Of a DNA stretch of 13,666 bases, positions 8,889 through 13,666 are shown piece by piece. The stretch comes from Promethearchaeota archaeon (GTDB lineage Archaea; Asgardarchaeota; Lokiarchaeia; Sigyniarchaeales; SOKP01): contig JBHLME010000121.1 in NCBI GenBank assembly GCA_048938445.1, forward strand, positions 1 to 13,666, given 5' to 3'. Position 1 is the first letter of the stretch. The number at the start of each line of letters is the position of its first letter. A program made the position numbers and the translations under genes. Under the pieces are notes generated by a model. The model worked only from the letters and a program-made list of their open reading frames with translations, searched no databases and was not told where the DNA came from.

Positions 8889-10553
8889 ATGGCTGTTGTC
8901 TATATGAGAAAATTGGAAGAACAACCGGCAACTTACGATTCAAATTTCACTACACTTACTAAGGGTGTTAACCTCAAGGTTCATGAATGGGTACTTGATC
9001 GAGTTGGTAAATCCGAGTCGATTTTAGAATTAGGTTGTGGGACTGGTCTGTTAGCCACTAAATTAGCACTAAAAGGAAATGATGTTCTTGCTCTAGATAA
9101 AAATTTCTTTATGATTAATCAAGCAATGCAAAATTATCCTTCTAATACAGAAATAAACCTAACTTATCAAATAGGTACGATCAACAATACCCCTATTGAA
9201 CCAGAGTCAAAAAATGTCATCATCAGTACATTTATGTTATCCGAGCTTCGCCCTCTTGAACAACAAATTTTGCTAAGAAAAGCTTGGAAAATATTAAAAC
9301 CAAATGGAAGATTAATTTTAGCCGCAGAATTCATGCCATCTGGATTTTGGAAAATCCCTTTTAGAATAAAAAGATGGTGGTATAAGAAAAAACTTAAACG
9401 TCTCAGACTAAAACAAACCTTTCTATTAAATTGGTTTCATAAATATATAGAACCAATAGGTTTTCAAGTGATAGAACAGAAAAAATGGAATCATGGAGCA
9501 ATCCAAGCCATGGTTTTAAAAAAAAATGATAAAGATCAACCTGGTTATTATTTTGCTCATCAAAAAGAATTTAAGGGAATAAAATCCCAATTACGAATCT
9601 ATAGATGCTTGTTTACGGGTCAAGTTGATCGAGTGCCAATAGAACCTGGAGTATATAAATCAGGTAATCCAACAAGAAATTCTCCGATAATTGTTACCGC
9701 GAACTATGAATATACCTATATTAAAGTAATGCGCGATTTAAAAGGAATTGATGCGTGGGTTTTATGTATTGACTCAAATGGTATAAATGTATGGTGTGCT
9801 GCCCGAGGAAATGATTTCGGAAATAATCAACTTCTTGAAGTGGTAGAGGCAACGAATATTATCAATATGACTGATACAAGAATCCTATTACTACCTCAAC
9901 TATCTGCTGGAGGTGTTGCTGTACCTCAATTGCCAATAAAATCAGACACCTTCCCCTTTAGCATAAAATATGGACCGGTATGGTCGAAACATTTGCCACA
10001 ATTCCTAAGAGAAAAACCTGCTAAAAAATCAGATAAAATGAAACTGGCAAAATTTAACATATCTCATAGAGCAAGGGGAGGGATAACTCATACTACTTTT
10101 TTATTCAGAAAAATTTTTATTTATCCTATTATAGGAATGTTCCTTTTATTTACAATATTAGGATTAATTTTTAATCAAAGATGGTTTTATAAATTCTTTT
10201 TTATAGGTGAATTCTCCTTATGGATCATAATTACAAATTTTATTATTATTTTTTTATTTCCACTATCAAAGTTTACACGAATTTTCATCTATAAAGGAAT
10301 TTTCTACGGAGGAATTAATCTATTTATATTATTGGGATTAAATTGGTTAATACATTATTCATTCCTAAATATATTATGGTTTTCTTGGTTTTATTTTTGG
10401 ATAGCTTTCTTTTCAACGATGTCTTTAAGTGGATACACGATGTCAACAAGTCCAAATGAAATTCAAACTGAATATCCTACATTTAGTAGGATAAATAAAA
10501 TCTTATTAATTTTAAGTATAATATTTTTAGTTATTGGAGTCATATTCTATTAA
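8889..10553 (+). CDS. hgcA: HgcA-like corrinoid membrane protein fused to an N-terminal class I SAM-dependent methyltransferase
   Basis: Residues ~1-215 carry ILELGCGTG motif I, ALDKN and ISTFMLSEL...LKPNGRLILAA. The corrinoid domain has IEPGVYKSGNP...SPIIVTANY...WVLCIDSNGINVWCAARG (cap helix, Cys codon 9795-9797), LLLPQLSAGGV and YGPV. The C-terminus has 4-5 TM helices. An hgcB-like gene follows. Confidence 0.85.
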   Translation: MAVVYMRKLEEQPATYDSNFTTLTKGVNLKVHEWVLDRVGKSESILELGCGTGLLATKLALKGNDVLALDKNFFMINQAMQNYPSNTEINLTYQIGTINNTPIEPESKNVIISTFMLSELRPLEQQILLRKAWKILKPNGRLILAAEFMPSGFWKIPFRIKRWWYKKKLKRLRLKQTFLLNWFHKYIEPIGFQVIEQKKWNHGAIQAMVLKKNDKDQPGYYFAHQKEFKGIKSQLRIYRCLFTGQVDRVPIEPGVYKSGNPTRNSPIIVTANYEYTYIKVMRDLKGIDAWVLCIDSNGINVWCAARGNDFGNNQLLEVVEATNIINMTDTRILLLPQLSAGGVAVPQLPIKSDTFPFSIKYGPVWSKHLPQFLREKPAKKSDKMKLAKFNISHRARGGITHTTFLFRKIFIYPIIGMFLLFTILGLIFNQRWFYKFFFIGEFSLWIIITNFIIIFLFPLSKFTRIFIYKGIFYGGINLFILLGLNWLIHYSFLNILWFSWFYFWIAFFSTMSLSGYTMSTSPNEIQTEYPTFSRINKILLILSIIFLVIGVIFY

Positions 10554-10596
10554 AAAAAGAAAAAAATAAAAATTACATATATATTATTGAATTGAA

Positions 10597-10911
10597 ATGA
10601 CTGAATTAGAAAAAAAACCTATTTGTTGCGCCCCTTCAGCAGGAAAAACAATTAATATACGAATTTTAATAGATTCAACGAAATGTACAGGTTGCGGATT
10701 ATGTGGGGAATTATGTCCATTTGGTCTTCCCATTCCTACTAATAATGGAAAATTTGAGATCAAAAAACCAGAATTATGTACTGAATGCAGCGCATGTCAA
10801 AGGAATTGCCCTGCTCAAGCAATTATAATGCAAGAGCGTGTAGGTTGTGGCTGTCTCTGGGATGCTAGAAAGCGATTAAATGATAAGAAAAATTCGTGTA
10901 ATTGTTGTTAG
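10597..10911 (+). CDS. hgcB: HgcB-like 2[4Fe-4S] ferredoxin
   Basis: CTGCGLCGELCP and CTECSACQRNCP, then VGCGC (cf. HgcB GVGCA) and a C-terminal SCNCC Cys tail. It lies directly downstream of hgcA and has an extra N-terminal CC. Confidence 0.82.
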   Translation: MTELEKKPICCAPSAGKTINIRILIDSTKCTGCGLCGELCPFGLPIPTNNGKFEIKKPELCTECSACQRNCPAQAIIMQERVGCGCLWDARKRLNDKKNSCNCC

Positions 10912-10937
10912 AATTTAATTTATAGGTGATCAAGAAA

Positions 10938-11354
10938 ATGGATGAAGAAAAAAAGGTAAAAGTAGAATCATCAGCAACATCCTGTTGTGAATCCTCGCAT
11001 TCAGATTGTTGTGATGCTTCAAATAATTATAATTCAATAACACATAAAAATCAAGTTTCAACATCAACTATAAAAGAGGGGGAAATTTCACCTCAAAAAT
11101 TAAAAGTTGATATTTATGTACCATTAGAAACATGTTCATGTACATGGGTGCAATTTATGAATTTGATGTTTACTGCATTAACCCCATATATTAAATATAT
11201 AAGACATGAGACAAGATCATTGAACTCTGAGGAAGCGCGCAAGTTGAATTTAAAAGGTAACTGTGTAATTGTTGAGGGAAAGAAAAAATATACAACTTCT
11301 CATGCTCTTAAACAAGATTTACCCGCCCTTCTTAAAGAAAAGGGTTTAATTTAA
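10938..11354 (+). CDS. Cys-rich thioredoxin-fold-like putative metal(loid) chaperone
   Basis: ATG 10938 follows SD AGGTGAT (10924-10930); the track's GTG 10926 lies within this SD. The low-complexity N-terminus has SCCESSHSDCCD, then VDIYVPLETCSCTW (CxC after beta1) and NCVIVEGKK, reminiscent of ArsD/Trx-like domains. Fold and function are inferred. Confidence 0.55.
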   Translation: MDEEKKVKVESSATSCCESSHSDCCDASNNYNSITHKNQVSTSTIKEGEISPQKLKVDIYVPLETCSCTWVQFMNLMFTALTPYIKYIRHETRSLNSEEARKLNLKGNCVIVEGKKKYTTSHALKQDLPALLKEKGLI

Positions 11355-11392
11355 AATTAAATGTTCAAAAAATCAGAAGGAGGTATGATAAA

Positions 11393-11857
11393 ATTAAAAA
11401 AATCACTTTTCAATTGAGAGTACCGGTTAATGGTATCGCGAAAAACAAGGAATTCACTGTTCAAGTTAAAGATGATGCTATCTTTATTGAAGCCTTAGCG
11501 ATGGTAGATAAATATATTTTTGAACATCCGGATGAATCACATTTCGCATCACATCCTCCAGATAGCTTTATTCGTAGTTATTTACAATTATTTTGGGACC
11601 CTATTGAGGATAAAATTCATTCCGATATTGATGTATTTGCTGCGAGCGTGAGAGGCTTCATGCCAATTAAGAAGAGGATGGATTATAATCTATATGACGA
11701 TTCTGAAATATCACTAACTTCGTCTGCTTGAGGGTGATGAGCGAAATTGGCAAGCAGAGTTGACTATGGAAGGTTTAAAACGATAATTCGCAAGAAGTAT
11801 GGAAAAGAAAATGAATACTTCGCTCATTATTTTAATAAACATGATAGAGATGCATAG
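11393..11857 (+). CDS. Putative multi-selenocysteine ubiquitin/MoaD-like protein, paralog 1 (154 aa, 3 UGA, motif A-U-G-U-U, probable ATT start)
   Basis: The track ORF 11414-11731 continues in frame through TGA 11729, 11735 and 11738 into AKLASRVDYGRFKTIIRKKYGKENEYFAHYFNKHDRDA, ending TAG 11855 then TAA. This tail is conserved in paralog 2. SD GGAGGT (11379-11384) precedes ATT AAA AAA ATC ACT TTT. A SECIS-like hairpin starts 5 nt after the stop. Confidence 0.75.
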
Positions 11858-11862
11858 TAAGA

Positions 11863-11914
11863 ATGATTTTTTTCAAAAAATTGTAGTGAAAAAATGACAA
11901 GAGGAGAGTATCCT
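11863..11914 (+). promoter_or_regulatory. SECIS-like 3'-UTR RNA element, copy 1
   Basis: ATGA-T-TTTTTTCA-AAAAATTGTAG-TGAAAAAA-TGAC-AAG-AGGA-GAGTA-TCCT: AUGA/GA tandem G.A core, 8-bp stem, A-run apical loop and a small 3' hairpin. Confidence 0.75.
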
Positions 11915-11958
11915 AATACTATCTATATATTATAAAAAAAATGAAGGAGGTCGTATAA

Positions 11959-12429
11959 ATTAAAAAAATAACTTTTACAATTAGCATACCAATAAAAGAT
12001 CTACAAGAGGGCAAGACGTTTACTGTTGATGTCAAGGATGATGCGAACTTTATTGAAGCATTGGCTATGGTTGATAAATATATTTTTGAGCATCCAGAAC
12101 ATTCCATTTTTCCCATACATGAAGGATATATCCATAATTATTTGCAATTAATAGTGAATCCTGAAGAAGATTACATATATGATGATGTTGGTCTCGCGCC
12201 TTATGCTCCAAACGAAGAAGGTCTATTAAGAAAGTTTAATCCAATTCAGGATGACATTTTTTTTAGTTTATTTCCAGACAGTGTTATAGATATACAGCAA
12301 GATTTTGGATGTTGATGACAAAAAGTGAAAAATAGGTTAGAAATAGGTAGGTTTAAATCAGTAATTCGAGAGAAATATGGGAAAGATAATGAATATTTTT
12401 CTCATTACTTTAAAAATTATAAAAAATAA
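11959..12429 (+). CDS. Putative multi-selenocysteine ubiquitin/MoaD-like protein, paralog 2 (156 aa, 2 UGA, motif G-C-U-U, probable ATT start)
   Basis: The frame opens right after TAA 11956 at ATT 11959 (IKKITFTISIPIKDLQEGKTFTVDVKDDANFIEALAMVDKYIFEHPE...), homologous to paralog 1, with SD GGAGGT at 11946-11951. After DFGC come TGA 12313 and TGA 12316, then QKVKNRLEIGRFKSVIREKYGKDNEYFSHYFKNYKK and TAA 12427. A SECIS-like hairpin starts 2 nt later. Confidence 0.75.
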
Positions 12430-12431
12430 GA

Positions 12432-12483
12432 ATGATATCTTTCAAAAAATAGTAGTGAAAGATTGACAATAGGAATGCCTCCT
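12432..12483 (+). promoter_or_regulatory. SECIS-like 3'-UTR RNA element, copy 2
   Basis: ATGA-T-ATCTTTCA-AAAAATAGTAG-TGAAAGAT-TGAC-AAT-AGGA-ATGCC-TCCT, with two compensatory pair changes relative to copy 1. Confidence 0.8.
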
Positions 12484-12553
12484 TATTATTCATAATAAAA
12501 ATTTTTAATGATTTGACTATTTTAAATAAAAATAACAAACAGTAATAAAAAAA

Positions 12554-12778
12554 ATGACGTTAAAATATTATAGTAATATCAACTGCCCCGATTGTGCACA
12601 TATAAATACTGTAAAAATTCCTGAAACTATGTGACTTAATTGGATTGAATGTGAAAACTGTAAAAAAAAGATTATAGGAAAAGAAAACAATCATGATTGA
12701 GCTTGAGTATTTTGTAGCTATGGGGATGTACCTTGACTACATGTTCAAGTACAAGAGTTGAAAAAGAATGAAAATTAA
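12554..12778 (+). CDS. GDCCVxC-family selenoprotein (74 aa, 4 UGA read as Sec)
   Basis: Missed by the ORF track. It reads MTLKYYSNINCPDCAHINTVKIPETMULNWIECENCKKKIIGKENNHDUAUVFCSYGDVPULHVQVQELKKNEN with TGA at 12632, 12698, 12704 and 12734. It matches the family pattern CPxC...MPxxAC...CxxC...GDCCVFCSYGxVPC, with every UGA at a family Cys position. It ends in TAA followed by a SECIS-like element. Confidence 0.85.
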
Positions 12779-12785
12779 AATATGG

Positions 12786-12837
12786 ATGATATCTTTCAAA
12801 AAATAATAGTGAAAGATTGACAATAGGATTGCCTCCT
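12786..12837 (+). promoter_or_regulatory. SECIS-like 3'-UTR RNA element, copy 3
   Basis: ATGA-T-ATCTTTCA-AAAAATAATAG-TGAAAGAT-TGAC-AAT-AGGA-TTGCC-TCCT, 50/52 identical to copy 2 with both differences in loops. Confidence 0.8.
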
Positions 12838-13093
12838 ATAAAACTAGAATTATAATTAATAAATTTAAATAGGTTTTAATCTAACTAATCTTAATGAAAT
12901 CGATTTTCTTTAAAATAAGCAAGATCCTTATTAACTCTTGGATTTAATAGCTTGTTTTATCCAAATCATATGAAAGGTATTGTAATCTAGATAATATTTA
13001 ATTTCTTTATTGTCAATAATTATAAATAAAAATAAATTCAAGAATTAATAATATAAATATAGAAAATAAAAGAATATTTTATGTTAAAAAAAA

Positions 13094-13666
13094 ATGGAAT
13101 CAACACCTATTGATGAAGGAAAGAAACGAGACCGAGATATAAAAAATGAGGAATATCTCTCGAGTTACACCCAACATCTAGAAAAACGTCTCCGTAATCT
13201 TGAAACTGAGATTCAATTATTAGAAAATACTAGAAAAAAACTTGAGAAGGATGTTATCGGTTTAAGAGATGAATTAACTACATTAAACGAACCATATCAA
13301 ATTACTGGTACAATTATAGATATTTTGGATGATTCTAATGAGAGAATAGTCATAAAATGCTCTACTGGTCCAGATTATGTAGTTAAAGTACATAAAGATA
13401 AAAAAAAAATTAAATTTAGTTCTGGTATGGAAGTTTCATTGAATAGTAGGGATTATTCGATTTTAGAAATTCTTCCTTCTAATATTGATCCATTTATAAA
13501 AGGCATGGAATTGCATGAAAATATACCAGAAGTCTCTTATAGTGATATAGGGGGATTAGATGAACAAATACTAGAGATTAGAGAAACTGTAGAGCTACCT
13601 TTATTAAAACCAGAATTATACAGTAGAATTGGTATTGATCCTCCAAAAGGAGTATTATTACACGGT
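13094..13666 (+). CDS. pan: Proteasome-activating nucleotidase (5' part, runs off window)
   Basis: Not in the ORF track. MESTPIDEG... has an N-terminal coiled coil ([16 protein letters not shown]), an OB domain (EPYQITGTI...[12 protein letters not shown]...VSLN) and then [47 protein letters not shown], the PAN/Rpt AAA start. Confidence 0.9.
   Translation, partial: MESTPIDEGKKRDRDIKNEEYLSSYTQHLEKRLRNLETEIQLLENTRKKLEKDVIGLRDELTTLNEPYQITGTIIDILDDSNERIVIKCSTGPDYVVKVHKDKKKIKFSSGMEVSLNSRDYSILEILPSNIDPFIKGMELHENIPEVSYSDIGGLDEQILEIRETVELPLLKPELYSRIGIDPPKGVLLHG

Noticed and set aside
9600-10000. Corrinoid domain as acetyl-CoA synthase CFeSP subunit (CdhE/AcsC)
   Set aside because: The cap-helix Cys motif, C-terminal TM helices and adjacent Cys-tailed ferredoxin indicate HgcA, and no Wood-Ljungdahl genes are nearby.
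11385-11417. ATG 11385 as start of paralog 1 via frameshift
   Set aside because: It is out of frame, stops after 10 codons and directly abuts the SD. Paralog 2 has no equivalent ATG.
11919-12116. Minus-strand 65-aa ORF with CSGC
   Set aside because: It is antisense to the paralog 2 N-terminus, which is supported by homology to paralog 1.
12477-12484. GCCTCCTT complementary to the AAGGAGGT SD of paralog 2 (long-range 5'-3' pairing)
   Set aside because: Copy 1 lacks the equivalent complement to its own SD, and the local AGGA/TCCT hairpin explains the sequence.
11729-12736. Genome-wide UGA reassignment (Trp or Gly) as explanation of the in-frame UGAs
   Set aside because: TGA terminates smc (526-524) and the DUF166-like gene (7817-7819) at tight gene junctions. 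Long genes contain no internal TGA, Trp uses TGG even in the GDCCVxC gene, and the UGAs there align with Cys.
12554-12778. Pseudogene interpretation of the GDCCVxC ORF
   Set aside because: All four interruptions are TGA at family Cys positions, with no TAA/TAG or frameshift in an AT-rich genome, and a SECIS-like element follows.
11863-12837. 52-nt repeats as CRISPR array or MITE
   Set aside because: Spacing is 569 and 354 nt with whole genes in between. There are no cas or transposase genes or target duplications, and the position is strictly 3' of UGA-containing genes.
13081-13113. ATG 13081 as pan start
   Set aside because: That frame stops after 10 codons; the PAN frame starts at ATG 13094.

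Overview
AT-rich archaeal DNA, most likely Asgard (Lokiarchaeia-like). This is inferred from a PAN ATPase, an SMC5/6-like SMC and eukaryote-type 3'-UTR SECIS-like hairpins. The left part (minus strand) holds a degenerate AAA+ protein, an SMC ATPase and a truncated kleisin/ScpA-like gene, followed by a lone methyl-accepting chemotaxis protein. The centre holds an ArsR regulator divergent from a cluster of DUF166-like protein, Acr3 arsenite exporter, SAM-methyltransferase::HgcA fusion, HgcB-like ferredoxin and a Cys-rich thioredoxin-like protein. The main observation is at 11393-12837, which the ORF track fragments or misses. Three small genes there contain 9 in-frame UGA codons (3+2+4), and each is followed within 2-7 nt of its TAA/TAG stop by the same 52-nt AUGA-stem-A-rich loop-stem-UGAC hairpin with compensatory base changes. 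I read them as three multi-selenocysteine proteins: two paralogous ubiquitin/MoaD-like proteins with UGUU and GCUU motifs and probable AUU starts, and one GDCCVxC-family protein with 4 Sec. They extend an hgcAB/arsenic cluster. The window ends in the 5' part of pan.
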